A program made the position numbers and the translations under genes. The notes below the pieces were generated by a model. It saw nothing but the letters and a program-made list of their open reading frames with translations. It did not search any database and was not told where the DNA came from. Below, piece after piece: positions 8,058 to 16,184 of a stretch of 53,304 nucleotides of DNA (position 1 is its first letter; each line of letters starts with the position of its first letter). The DNA is from a virus. Lineage: Duplodnaviria; Caudoviricetes. Location of the stretch: positions 1 through 53,304 of the IMG/VR virus record IMGVR_UViG_3300028840_002576; one strand, given 5' to 3'.

Positions 8058-8591
8058 ATGATTAAGGTTCCAAATATGACATTGGCAATCGATCCCGGCC
8101 CGAAAGAGTCGGGATGGGTTGTTATAACCGACGACTTCAAACCGGTCATGTTCGACAAGGAAAAGAACAGCGCCATCCTTGCCCGAATGGACTGGTTTAA
8201 GGCTTCTATATCTGATGCCGTAATTGAGAAACCAGTGTGCATGAAATGGTCAGGCGCCAGTTTATCCGATACTGCAATAGTGGCTGGGATCTTCGCCGGC
8301 ATCTTAACTCTTAACGAATGCTTGCCCGTTTATCTGATTAATCGGGCGAAGGTAAGGGGGAAACTTAGTGGTAAAAACAGGGGGGACGCCGGAGTCATTG
8401 CCGAGTTGACCCGTCGCTTCTCCCCTGGGGTCTCTAATAAAGGTAAGGGGACCAAAGAAGAGCCAGGATTTTTTTACGGATTCAAAGACGATATCTGGCA
8501 GGCCTTTGCTGTAGGGGTTGTTTTGAAAGACCTGCTGAACGGTAACGCTAAAGATAAAAAATATATCGAGGACGGGAGGATCAAGATATGA
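8058..8591 (+). CDS. RuvC-like Holliday junction resolvase
   Basis: LAIDPGPKESGW, VIE and DIWQAFAVG motifs. Confidence 0.75.
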   Translation: MIKVPNMTLAIDPGPKESGWVVITDDFKPVMFDKEKNSAILARMDWFKASISDAVIEKPVCMKWSGASLSDTAIVAGIFAGILTLNECLPVYLINRAKVRGKLSGKNRGDAGVIAELTRRFSPGVSNKGKGTKEEPGFFYGFKDDIWQAFAVGVVLKDLLNGNAKDKKYIEDGRIKI

Positions 8592-9022
8592 CAGTCGATA
8601 GAGATGACGGAACACTGAGGACATTTGCATCCGGGGCGACCAGGGACACCGCCACCGGCAAGCTGGACATGGAGGGCTTCACGCATCCGATGGTTGAAAA
8701 GCAGTTCGCGAAATACATGAACATGCATCGATATCAATCAGACGGATCTCTTCGCGATAGCGATAATTGGCAAAAGGGAATTGACCTGGAGGCCTATGCA
8801 AAATCGCTGCGCCGGCATCACGATGATTTTTGGGCCGGCCATCGTGGATTCGAAAGCGAAAACGGCATGATTGCAGATCTATGCGGCATCCTGTTTAACG
8901 CCCGGGGGTATCTGTTTGAGATCTTGAAGGCCAGGGGCTTTGAGTTGCAGGAATTCGATAACGGCGATCCAATTCCTGAGAAAGTCGAGATGTTTAAAAG
9001 GCTGTCCGATGAAGCCAAATAG
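8588..9022 (+). CDS. dATP/dGTP diphosphohydrolase-like (DUF5664-type) protein
   Basis: RTFASGATRD...GK, DNWQKGI, SLRRH and ILFNA motifs. Confidence 0.7.
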   Translation: MTVDRDDGTLRTFASGATRDTATGKLDMEGFTHPMVEKQFAKYMNMHRYQSDGSLRDSDNWQKGIDLEAYAKSLRRHHDDFWAGHRGFESENGMIADLCGILFNARGYLFEILKARGFELQEFDNGDPIPEKVEMFKRLSDEAK

Positions 9023-9635
9023 GAAAGAGTATATTGTCCGGGACAAGCCGAACCCTTGCCCTGAGTGTCCATCATATAAAACATGCCGTAAATTGTGTGA
9101 GAAGGCCGAGCGGTGGGTTGATCAGGACAGTATTGGATCCAGTTCAAACGTGCTGCTCGAGAACGCTGGGAACGGAAGGGCTCTTTATGAAATGGGAGGG
9201 GACTTCCTGGACTTTGCACTTATGACAAATGATCCATCCAGAAACGCAATGGATTCAAGCGCATCCCAGGACGCCTGGGAAAAGATCCGCTGGATGAGAC
9301 TATCCGACAAGGTCACGAGGTTTATCTATTCTTATTATATGCTCGGGAAGAGGATCCGGGACATCGCTATAGAAGAGAACGCATCGTCACAGGCTATTGA
9401 CAAGCGGCATGTCCAGGCAAAGGCATCCATTAGAAATAGGCTAAAGAGGATCTCCAAGTGGGAGGCCTCCAGGGAATCAATGAATTTTAGATCAATTAAT
9501 CATTATGATATGGCCGCATTATTTTTTGGATATTTTTATCCCAGGCGCATCGTGTCAAGGATAGTTGGGGCTCATATTTCAACGGTAATGGCAGAGGTTG
9601 ATAGTAAAATCAGTACCTTAGATCAAAAGCGATAA
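9009..9635 (+). CDS. Putative transcription factor: Cys cluster plus sigma-region-4-like HTH(s)
   Basis: CPECPSYKTCRKLC; LSDK....I..YY..G..IRDIA......SQAI......AK; second HTH-like segment RRIVSRIVGAHISTV. Confidence 0.65.
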   Translation: MKPNRKEYIVRDKPNPCPECPSYKTCRKLCEKAERWVDQDSIGSSSNVLLENAGNGRALYEMGGDFLDFALMTNDPSRNAMDSSASQDAWEKIRWMRLSDKVTRFIYSYYMLGKRIRDIAIEENASSQAIDKRHVQAKASIRNRLKRISKWEASRESMNFRSINHYDMAALFFGYFYPRRIVSRIVGAHISTVMAEVDSKISTLDQKR

Positions 9636-9638
9636 TGC

Positions 9639-9662
9639 TCGACATGCTGTATATTGTAGAGG
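9639..9662 (+). promoter_or_regulatory. Class B motif (TCGACATGCTGTATATTGTAGAGG)
   Basis: Member of the recurring TTGACAT-type motif family found upstream of gene starts. Confidence 0.55.
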
Positions 9663-9671
9663 AGATACAGT

Positions 9672-10241
9672 ATGGAAGAGTTAAGCGAAACATTAGACAA
9701 TGATCATTTTCATAAATTCGTAACATATTCAAAACTATGGATAAAGCATCTCGGCCTCGGGGACTGGGAGATTAGGTACCTGTTCTGCGAGGCCGAAGAG
9801 GATTCACCGAGGGCCTCAGCGGAAATCGTCGACATCAATAATCGATTAGTATTTATCACGTTATACGATGACTGGGATATTAAACCTACCTGCCTGAACC
9901 TGAAGCGTGTGTCCTTGCACGAGGTCCTGGAAGTCCTATTGTCAGACTTCTGGCTACTGGCAGCAAACAGGGATGATTTTTCAGCGGCAAGGCTCGACCG
10001 GGAGAATCATCGAGTCATCCGGCGCCTTGAAAACTTTGTGGAGGGTATTCATGAGGGGGAAATCGATATTCGCGAAATTGGAAACGGAGAGGGATCCGAA
10101 ATACCTGAAGTTGATAACGACCCTGCCGTGCCTGGTAGTCGATTGCACGGTATCAAATTACTTGCCGGACGATGGATTAATCGCCTATCACCATTTAAGA
10201 GGCCTTGGCCTTGGCGGCGGGATGTCGATCAAGCCGAGTGA
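9672..10241 (+). CDS. Hypothetical protein, zincin-like HExxE motif
   Basis: W...LGLGDWEI...LHEVLEVLL; RBS GAGGAG. Confidence 0.65.
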   Translation: MEELSETLDNDHFHKFVTYSKLWIKHLGLGDWEIRYLFCEAEEDSPRASAEIVDINNRLVFITLYDDWDIKPTCLNLKRVSLHEVLEVLLSDFWLLAANRDDFSAARLDRENHRVIRRLENFVEGIHEGEIDIREIGNGEGSEIPEVDNDPAVPGSRLHGIKLLAGRWINRLSPFKRPWPWRRDVDQAE

Positions 10242-10386
10242 TTATTACACGATTCCGCTATGTGATAAGCACCATAAATTAATACATCAATCAGGGCTCA
10301 GTGCAATAAACCTTGACATGGTGTACATATTGAAATTTATTTCTGGAAACCTAATCAATTATATTACAAACCTCAGAGGAGAATGA
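10051..10386 (+). CDS. DUF968/Ref-like HNH-type Zn-binding protein
   Basis: YL..I..LPCLVVDC...YHHL...KPSDYYTIPLCDKHH..IH; start after GGAGGG. Confidence 0.75.
   Translation: MRGKSIFAKLETERDPKYLKLITTLPCLVVDCTVSNYLPDDGLIAYHHLRGLGLGGGMSIKPSDYYTIPLCDKHHKLIHQSGLSAINLDMVYILKFISGNLINYITNLRGE
10313..10336 (+). promoter_or_regulatory. Class B motif
   Basis: TTGACATGGTGTACATATTGAAAT upstream of the repeat peptide. Confidence 0.55.
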
Positions 10387-10388
10387 TC

Positions 10389-10538
10389 ATGAACCCGAAG
10401 AAAAATGAATTGAAATCAAAGAGCGAATTCCCCGGATCTGCCGGCAAAGGCAAATTGCCCAACGCCGAAAGTATCAAACCGAAACAGGAATTCCCTGGAA
10501 GTGCCGGCAAGGGAAGCTTGCCGAAGTCGAACAGCTAA
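10389..10538 (+). CDS. 49-aa peptide with internal duplication (not in ORF track)
   Basis: MNPKKNELKSKSEFPGSAGKGKLPNAESIKPKQEFPGSAGKGSLPKSNS; RBS GAGGAG. Confidence 0.7.
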   Translation: MNPKKNELKSKSEFPGSAGKGKLPNAESIKPKQEFPGSAGKGSLPKSNS

Positions 10539-10564
10539 TCAGCACCGAACACAAAACCATGGAA

Positions 10565-10604
10565 GAGGGGACTTGAAATTTTTTTCGGTCCCCTCGTGTT
10601 TTTT
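10565..10604 (+). terminator. Rho-independent terminator
   Basis: GAGGGGAC...GTCCCCTC followed by a T-run. Confidence 0.65.
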
Positions 10605-10606
10605 AA

Positions 10607-10635
10607 GGCTACTTTGATCAGAACTATGGTATAAT
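10607..10635 (+). promoter_or_regulatory. Class A promoter-like motif
   Basis: GGCTACTTTG-atcagaacta-TG-g-TATAAT upstream of the terS operon. Confidence 0.75.
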
Positions 10636-10667
10636 GTATTTAAAACGTCAAGGGGAGATATAGAACA

Positions 10668-10799
10668 ATGGCCGAGAACATGATGAATTCCGAGCATAAA
10701 GCGACAAATAAAAATTATCGCGACAATTACGATCGGATATTCCGCAACAACAAGGGGGACAAAAATGATCGAACGCGCAAGAATGGTAAAAAAGGATAG
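10668..10799 (+). CDS. 43-aa peptide with YRDNYDRIF motif (not in ORF track)
   Basis: RBS AGGGGAG; first ORF after a class A motif. Confidence 0.55.
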   Translation: MAENMMNSEHKATNKNYRDNYDRIFRNNKGDKNDRTRKNGKKG

Positions 10800-11022
10800 T
10801 ATCGATTACGACCACGAAGAAACCCGTCCTATGTGCGAAGGCTGCGAAAGCCTGTATGCTGGCGGGAGGATCCTAACCGGCTGGAAATGCATGGCCTATG
10901 CATCCAGGCCGTCCATGTACGTTCGAGCCAATGAATGCCCGAGAAATTCCAGGGCTCGCCGTCCGGCATGGCAGAAAGTTCGCGTTGGGCAAGGCCGTAC
11001 CTCTCAGGGAGGTAACCGATAA
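10765..11022 (+). CDS. Small Cys-rich basic protein
   Basis: CEGC...C...CP; stop coupled to the terS start. Confidence 0.7.
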   Translation: MIERARMVKKDSIDYDHEETRPMCEGCESLYAGGRILTGWKCMAYASRPSMYVRANECPRNSRARRPAWQKVRVGQGRTSQGGNR

Positions 11023-11648
11023 TGAACACCGGGATGACACTGGATGAAATCAGGGATGCCATTAGAAAGGTAGCCCTGAAACTATCCATTCCGCATAAAC
11101 GCTTTGCCGATGAATGGCTTGCCAATGGAAACAACGGGACGAAAGCATATCTCGCAATATTCAACACGAACAAGCCAGCGGTTGCCGGGACAGGGGCGCA
11201 TAAATTATTGCGCCGGTCTGACATAAAATCTTATATCGATCTGTGCAAACAATTCACCACCGACGAACTATTAAACCACCTTGCAGTAACAAAGAACCGT
11301 ATCATGGATGAAGAGGCTAAACTCGCATTTATTGATATCCGGAAAATGTTTGACGTCGAAGGCAATTTCCTTCCGCCTCATCTATGGCCTGAGGAGATTG
11401 CCAGGGCGGCCGCAGGGGTTGAGATCGATAAGAAGTGGGACTCCGAGCAGAACAAATGGCAATACAAATATAGAATCAAGCTTAATGACAAGGGCCGCGC
11501 ACTGAAACGCCTCGAGGACTGTCTGGGGATGACAAAGGCGCCAGAGTTAACCGATAAGCACGCCGACGTATTTAAGGGATTCCTTCATGCGATCGACGGA
11601 GAGACCCGGGGAAAGCTCCCCAGCGAATTGGAGGACGACGATGACTGA
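11022..11648 (+). CDS. terS: Terminase small subunit
   Basis: F.DEWL....NGTKAY...A...AHKLL....I..YI HTH; LAF.DIRKMFD..G; KIKL.DK..AL..L. Confidence 0.85.
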   Translation: MNTGMTLDEIRDAIRKVALKLSIPHKRFADEWLANGNNGTKAYLAIFNTNKPAVAGTGAHKLLRRSDIKSYIDLCKQFTTDELLNHLAVTKNRIMDEEAKLAFIDIRKMFDVEGNFLPPHLWPEEIARAAAGVEIDKKWDSEQNKWQYKYRIKLNDKGRALKRLEDCLGMTKAPELTDKHADVFKGFLHAIDGETRGKLPSELEDDDD

Positions 11649-11713
11649 TATCGGCATGGCCGTTGTTTTTGTTGCTGTAATATTTATACTATTTTTATTC
11701 GAAAGGAAATAAA

Positions 11714-11908
11714 ATGGCCTACAAAACCAAGATCGTATGTGATCGAAACAATTGCTCGAATACTAAAGATACCGCCCATGGAGTCCTACCTGACGGCTGG
11801 GGCATTACCGTTCACCTTAAACATCTCTGCAAGAACTGTAACGATAAGCTCGCAACCATGGAGCTCGAGCACGCAAGAAAGCTCCAGGACTTTTTTTCAG
11901 AAAAATAA
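11714..11908 (+). CDS. Small Zn-finger-like protein
   Basis: CDRNNC...LPDGW...HLCKNC. Confidence 0.65.
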   Translation: MAYKTKIVCDRNNCSNTKDTAHGVLPDGWGITVHLKHLCKNCNDKLATMELEHARKLQDFFSEK

Positions 11909-11916
11909 AAAAACAC

Positions 11917-11944
11917 TTGACATCACCTGAGAATGGTTTATAAT
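11917..11944 (+). promoter_or_regulatory. Sigma70-type (early) promoter
   Basis: TTGACA-16nt-TATAAT with an A-rich UP element. Confidence 0.75.
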
Positions 11945-11981
11945 TGTAATTAACAGTCAACAAAAACCTGGAGGCAAAATT

Positions 11982-12122
11982 ATGACCGAGAGAACAAACG
12001 CATTCGCAGAGGTACAAAGACTGCTAAACCAATTGGAGAGGGCGACGAACCTCGGGCATGAGCATGAGGTCCAGGCGGCCAGAATTCAAATCCTAAGAAT
12101 AATCAACATTTTAACCAATTAA
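11982..12122 (+). CDS. 46-aa hypothetical protein (not in ORF track)
   Basis: RBS GGAGG; first ORF after the promoter. Confidence 0.6.
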   Translation: MTERTNAFAEVQRLLNQLERATNLGHEHEVQAARIQILRIINILTN

Positions 12123-12132
12123 GGGGGGCGAG

Positions 12133-12408
12133 ATGTTGACATCCACTTTCAAACCATCAGCAGCAAATTATACTCACTATATCGAGACCGAGCTCGGCGA
12201 AGAGATCGAGCTCACTGTCTATTTCGACTTTCAGCCAGAGGAAAAAATGACCTGGGACTATCCGGGCTGTCCTGCAGATGCCGAGGTCACCGAGGTACTC
12301 ATCGCCGGCACGTCAATCGAAGTGTGCCTGATGCCTGACGAGGAAGCCAGTGTTGTAGAGAGCATTCTTGACAGTTCATACCATAGAGATTATAGGAATT
12401 TTTCATAA
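12133..12408 (+). CDS. Hypothetical acidic phage protein
   Basis: TWDYPGCP motif; RBS present. Confidence 0.7.
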   Translation: MLTSTFKPSAANYTHYIETELGEEIELTVYFDFQPEEKMTWDYPGCPADAEVTEVLIAGTSIEVCLMPDEEASVVESILDSSYHRDYRNFS

Positions 12409-12686
12409 TGATATTCAAAGTAAAGAAATCGACCATAGGCGAATATAACGGAGGGGTGACCTCTGGCAACTCCAATTGCTATTACAAGGGATCCTCGGTT
12501 TGCTGGATTGTTTCAGATAACAATATTGATTATATTGCATTGACCCGCAAACAAGATGCAATTGCCATGGCGGAATATTTTAACAAAATAAACTGGGATA
12601 GGCAAGGCGACCCTTTAATAGTATTTAAAAATCAATTAATACACATAGGCGATTTTGAAACGGTTGAAAAAATAAAAGAACTTTAA
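12408..12686 (+). CDS. Hypothetical protein
   Basis: TAATG coupling to the upstream ORF. Confidence 0.65.
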   Translation: MIFKVKKSTIGEYNGGVTSGNSNCYYKGSSVCWIVSDNNIDYIALTRKQDAIAMAEYFNKINWDRQGDPLIVFKNQLIHIGDFETVEKIKEL

Positions 12687-12694
12687 AAAAACGC

Positions 12695-12723
12695 TTGACA
12701 AGGTCAGATCTGTTTGATACAAT
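12695..12723 (+). promoter_or_regulatory. Sigma70-type (early) promoter
   Basis: TTGACA-17nt-TACAAT with extended -10 TG. Confidence 0.8.
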
Positions 12724-12754
12724 ATACTTAAACACTCAAACAGGGAGATAAAAA

Positions 12755-12973
12755 ATGAAGAACACAAAGCAAGGGACAATCGGATACGACGGAAGAACAA
12801 ACGACTGGTTTATTAAATTCACCGACACCAGCGACCTGATGGCTGCAGCCAGGCGTGAACGGAGAACCATCAGCATTTATGGTGGATTCTTTTCCAGGGA
12901 AAGCGCCGAGGTCTACTGCGAACAGAATAGGATCACTGTTAAAAATCCGATTATCACCGACGCCATCATCTAA
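12755..12973 (+). CDS. Hypothetical protein
   Basis: RBS AGGGAG. Confidence 0.7.
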   Translation: MKNTKQGTIGYDGRTNDWFIKFTDTSDLMAAARRERRTISIYGGFFSRESAEVYCEQNRITVKNPIITDAII

Positions 12974-12977
12974 ATTA

Positions 12978-13029
12978 TCTCTGCGATCGGAGATCCCGGG
13001 GATCGGCGACGGTCCCCTAACCTTAACAA
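12978..13029 (+). repeat. 52-bp double-hairpin direct repeat, copy 1
   Basis: 50/52 identical to 13215-13266. Confidence 0.92.
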
Positions 13030-13039
13030 GGGAGAAAAA

Positions 13040-13201
13040 ATGAACAGCATGACAATGAAAGAAATGTTGGACAGGGTGCGGGACAGGAAAGCGAACTTCC
13101 TTTATGGTTGTCCCTATTCAAAACTGTTAACGAATCACAAGGATTGTGTGGACGCTGTCATTAGGGTCGATTTCGACCATTACATGAAAAATCAGGACTA
13201 A
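13040..13201 (+). CDS. 53-aa hypothetical protein between the repeats (not in ORF track)
   Basis: RBS AGGGAG, ATG...TAA. Confidence 0.6.
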   Translation: MNSMTMKEMLDRVRDRKANFLYGCPYSKLLTNHKDCVDAVIRVDFDHYMKNQD

Positions 13202-13214
13202 ATGTTCAATTACG

Positions 13215-13266
13215 TCTCTGCGATCGGAGACTCCGGGGATCGGCGACGGTCCCCTAACCTTAACAA
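13215..13266 (+). repeat. 52-bp double-hairpin direct repeat, copy 2
   Basis: See copy 1. Confidence 0.92.
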
Positions 13267-13279
13267 TGGAAGGCAGACC

Positions 13280-13723
13280 ATGAAATACTTAGTAAGATCA
13301 AAAGTCAACAGGAAGATGGTCGAGTCGGATTCACCGTACAATGCGGTCAAATCAGTGTACACCGACTATGAGATTGGATTCTGCTCCCGCCTGGGAAACA
13401 GCTTCACCTATATGGTTGAGAAATCGGAGCTCACCGAATTCACCCAGTACGAGGTTAAGGTTTACGAAATTGACGAGGACAAACGCGAAAAGCATTGCTG
13501 TTTCAAAGAATTAAATATCAGCGGCAGATGCATCGCTAATTGCCATATGGCGAAAGTTGACATGGACTGCACTGGGGCAACAGGCCTCACGGCGGACTAT
13601 GACAGCCGGCATGAAGTGAGGGTATCTATGGGGCATATTGACGGAAGGACCTTGCCGGCGCCAGAAAACAAGGTCGAGAAAGATACCGAAGTTGAACTGG
13701 GGCGACGTTATTCACCTTATTAA
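13280..13723 (+). CDS. Hypothetical protein
   Basis: Start reassigned to ATG 13280, after the repeat and GGAAGG. Confidence 0.65.
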   Translation: MKYLVRSKVNRKMVESDSPYNAVKSVYTDYEIGFCSRLGNSFTYMVEKSELTEFTQYEVKVYEIDEDKREKHCCFKELNISGRCIANCHMAKVDMDCTGATGLTADYDSRHEVRVSMGHIDGRTLPAPENKVEKDTEVELGRRYSPY

Positions 13724-13751
13724 TGAACTATTAAACATGGAGGGTACTAAA

Positions 13752-14006
13752 ATGAATTCAATTCAATCTGTATTTTGGGGACCGACGGAAGCCTCGGAAT
13801 CTTTTATTCGACTCACAAGCTCGAATGAGATCGAGAAAGCTACCGAGGCACGCAGGAGTCTGAAGGATCTTAACAGCGCGAAGGCCATAACCACCGCAAG
13901 GCTATTCGGCAAGGACTGGGTCCGGATCGAACACTGGGATGGAGCCGTAAAGCTGGTAAACATGGACCACGTAATTGACATGGAGGTGACTGGCTTTGGC
14001 AAGTAA
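13752..14006 (+). CDS. Hypothetical protein
   Basis: RBS GGAGGG. Confidence 0.65.
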   Translation: MNSIQSVFWGPTEASESFIRLTSSNEIEKATEARRSLKDLNSAKAITTARLFGKDWVRIEHWDGAVKLVNMDHVIDMEVTGFGK

Positions 14007-14199
14007 GAAACCAGCGAAACCACCGGCAAAGGACCGATGGGAATTCATCCAGCATCACCGACATCCTGACACCGGGAATTATGTAACAACTATCTGGTAT
14101 GACAGGAAATCAAGGAAGTTCGAGTCGGTCCTTTCTGACATTGACAATGTGAAATTTGATACAATCGAAGAGGCTAAGGGCTTTTTAAATCGGCAATAA
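13996..14199 (+). CDS. Hypothetical protein
   Basis: TTG start with strong RBS GGAGGTGA. Confidence 0.6.
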   Translation: MASKKPAKPPAKDRWEFIQHHRHPDTGNYVTTIWYDRKSRKFESVLSDIDNVKFDTIEEAKGFLNRQ

Positions 14200-14215
14200 C
14201 GCCAAAGAAATCTTA

Positions 14216-14404
14216 ATGACGGAGGCTACTCTGATGGCAAAATGTGTTATAATGTTCGAAGGAACATACAGCGGGAATGTAATTCGAGTTCCCGACAAAA
14301 TGGCAAGGGACATCGTCCATGAAGGGCGAGGGGAATATGCATCGAAGCAGGCCTGGAAAGATGCCGGCCGCAGCAAAATCAAAAAGGAAGGGAGCAAGGT
14401 CTAA
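14216..14404 (+). CDS. Hypothetical protein (start uncertain)
   Basis: Coupled to the next ORF; 5' end overlapped by a class A motif. Confidence 0.55.
   Translation: MTEATLMAKCVIMFEGTYSGNVIRVPDKMARDIVHEGRGEYASKQAWKDAGRSKIKKEGSKV
14224..14253 (+). promoter_or_regulatory. Class A promoter-like motif (variant)
   Basis: GGCTACTCTG-N11-TG-t-TATAAT. Confidence 0.55.
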
Positions 14405-14910
14405 TGAAATCCTATCTTTGTTCAGAGTGTGGCGCCAATAGTGAAGACAGTCATCCGGGTTGGTGCCGTACAGGTAAAAATGAGAAGGAATTGTACGATT
14501 ACCTGCGTAAATCGCGAGCCAAGAAAGTTGATGTAAATAAGGCGCTTGCAGAGCTTCAGGGTCAGGTGATATCTCTCCTGAAGCTTGGTAACAGGACAGA
14601 CATCAAACTCCTCGAGCTCGAAGACGAAAACCGTGGGCTCAAAAGGGATCTACAGACAGCAAATTCATGTATTTCCATATTAAATGAGCAAGTTGCAGAT
14701 CTCAGTCGTAAGGTCAATACCCATATCGGTAATGACTTCAGGGTGGATCCGGACGGAGAGACCTGTGGAGAATGCGGCAACCCTCTTAATAACCACTTGA
14801 GGGAATGCTTATTTTATGACAAGATGACGCCTGCGCATCAATGTTTTACATGCCAGCAATATCGAGAATGTTTCAGCGGCATTGACAGCGAGTGTATTTT
14901 TAGTAAGTAA
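14404..14910 (+). CDS. Coiled-coil protein with Cys/His clusters
   Basis: CSEC..H..C, central heptad region, CGEC..H..C. Confidence 0.7.
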   Translation: MKSYLCSECGANSEDSHPGWCRTGKNEKELYDYLRKSRAKKVDVNKALAELQGQVISLLKLGNRTDIKLLELEDENRGLKRDLQTANSCISILNEQVADLSRKVNTHIGNDFRVDPDGETCGECGNPLNNHLRECLFYDKMTPAHQCFTCQQYRECFSGIDSECIFSK

Positions 14911-14919
14911 CTTTTTTTA

Positions 14920-14943
14920 TTGACATAATGTGCATAGTATAAC
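14920..14943 (+). promoter_or_regulatory. Class B motif
   Basis: TTGACATAATGTGCATAGTATAAC. Confidence 0.55.
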
Positions 14944-14973
14944 CAATAACTTTAACCTGGGGAGGATTTAAAA

Positions 14974-15810
14974 ATGAGCGAGAGTATCTTTTCAAAAGCC
15001 GATTCGTCGGTCTATTCAGAATTCCTTGACCTGGTCGAAAAAGTATTTCCGGAGCTATCCGGCTTCTCATTCGGCCTATTATTCCGCAGCAAAATGAAAA
15101 AGTCCCGGGGCAACCTGGTACTGGCAGAAATCTGCCTGCCAACAAAGCTGATGTCTTTCTTTGCAAAGAATGACGCCGGCAATCCGTATGATTATCTGAT
15201 GATCATCGACGAGATGGCCTGGGCCTGCGCCACTGCAGCAGACCGCACCCGCATCGTCCGCCATGAACTCCGACACGTCTTTGTTGACGAAAAGGGAAAT
15301 CCGAAACTGGTCGATCACGACTTTGCAGATTTTCATATCGAGGTCGAGCTCAACAGCGACGCTCCTATGTGGGGCTCAAATCTGGCAGAGGTCACCATGG
15401 CCGGCTACAAGCAGGTGAAGGACGGACAAAAGGATCCTCGGCAGAACAGAGCGGACGCCGAGGACCTGAAGCCAGTCACCAAAGAGCCGCAACGCCAGAC
15501 GCAGATCGAATCTGCAATTAAATCAGGCGTTAAGAAAGGAATGAATGACCTGAAGGGCAAGGCTGGGGATATTCCTTTGAAGACCGCCTCACAGCGAGCC
15601 AGGGACAAATACTTTGACCGATCGAAATCGGTTATGGAAAACCTCGAGGACAAGGGGCTCGTGAAACCGACAGGCGGCATCGACAGTCTGGAGGATGTTT
15701 ATGTAGATGACGGCGGCACAGGTGACTTTGTACCGAACCCGACCATCAACACCGGTAAATCTCTTGAGGAAATCGCGAAAGAGAAAGGCCTATTGGGGGA
15801 AACAGCGTAA
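14974..15810 (+). CDS. Putative phage metallopeptidase
   Basis: YLMIID..AW...IVRHELRHV...LVDHD..DF, a HExxH pattern; charged C-terminal tail. Confidence 0.75.
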   Translation: MSESIFSKADSSVYSEFLDLVEKVFPELSGFSFGLLFRSKMKKSRGNLVLAEICLPTKLMSFFAKNDAGNPYDYLMIIDEMAWACATAADRTRIVRHELRHVFVDEKGNPKLVDHDFADFHIEVELNSDAPMWGSNLAEVTMAGYKQVKDGQKDPRQNRADAEDLKPVTKEPQRQTQIESAIKSGVKKGMNDLKGKAGDIPLKTASQRARDKYFDRSKSVMENLEDKGLVKPTGGIDSLEDVYVDDGGTGDFVPNPTINTGKSLEEIAKEKGLLGETA

Positions 15811-15866
15811 ATTAATCAGGCGTCCTGGACAGTCCGGGGCGCCGCAACCATCCTACAGGGGGGACA

Positions 15867-16184
15867 ATGATCAAATTCATCCTACAATTAATTCTGATGA
15901 TTATAACATTTTGCATCCTGACATACGCAACTATTGTCCGGGCCGATGACTGTTCTCCCATGTACCTCCGGAACCATACCTTTCAATCTAATGGCTATTA
16001 CGAAGAGAACGGAACCGTCAAGTTTTACTGGGCGGCCAAGGATTATGATGGCGACGGCGAGATGGACGCCTATTTCCAAATATATAAGCTAATTACATTA
16101 ACAAGGGCGGACCTGTGTATTCGACCGTTAACAAATGAGCAGTTAAACAAACTAATATCTGGGAGGATTAAAAAAAATGATTAA
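15867..16184 (+). CDS. Exported/membrane-anchored protein with DxDxDG loop
   Basis: Hydrophobic N-terminus ending VRA-DD; DYDGDGEMD. Confidence 0.7.
   Translation: MIKFILQLILMIITFCILTYATIVRADDCSPMYLRNHTFQSNGYYEENGTVKFYWAAKDYDGDGEMDAYFQIYKLITLTRADLCIRPLTNEQLNKLISGRIKKND

Noticed and set aside
12978-13266. CRISPR repeats or integron attC sites
   Set aside because: Only two copies, 185 bp apart with an ORF between them; no RYYYAAC/GTTRRRY ends and no integrase.
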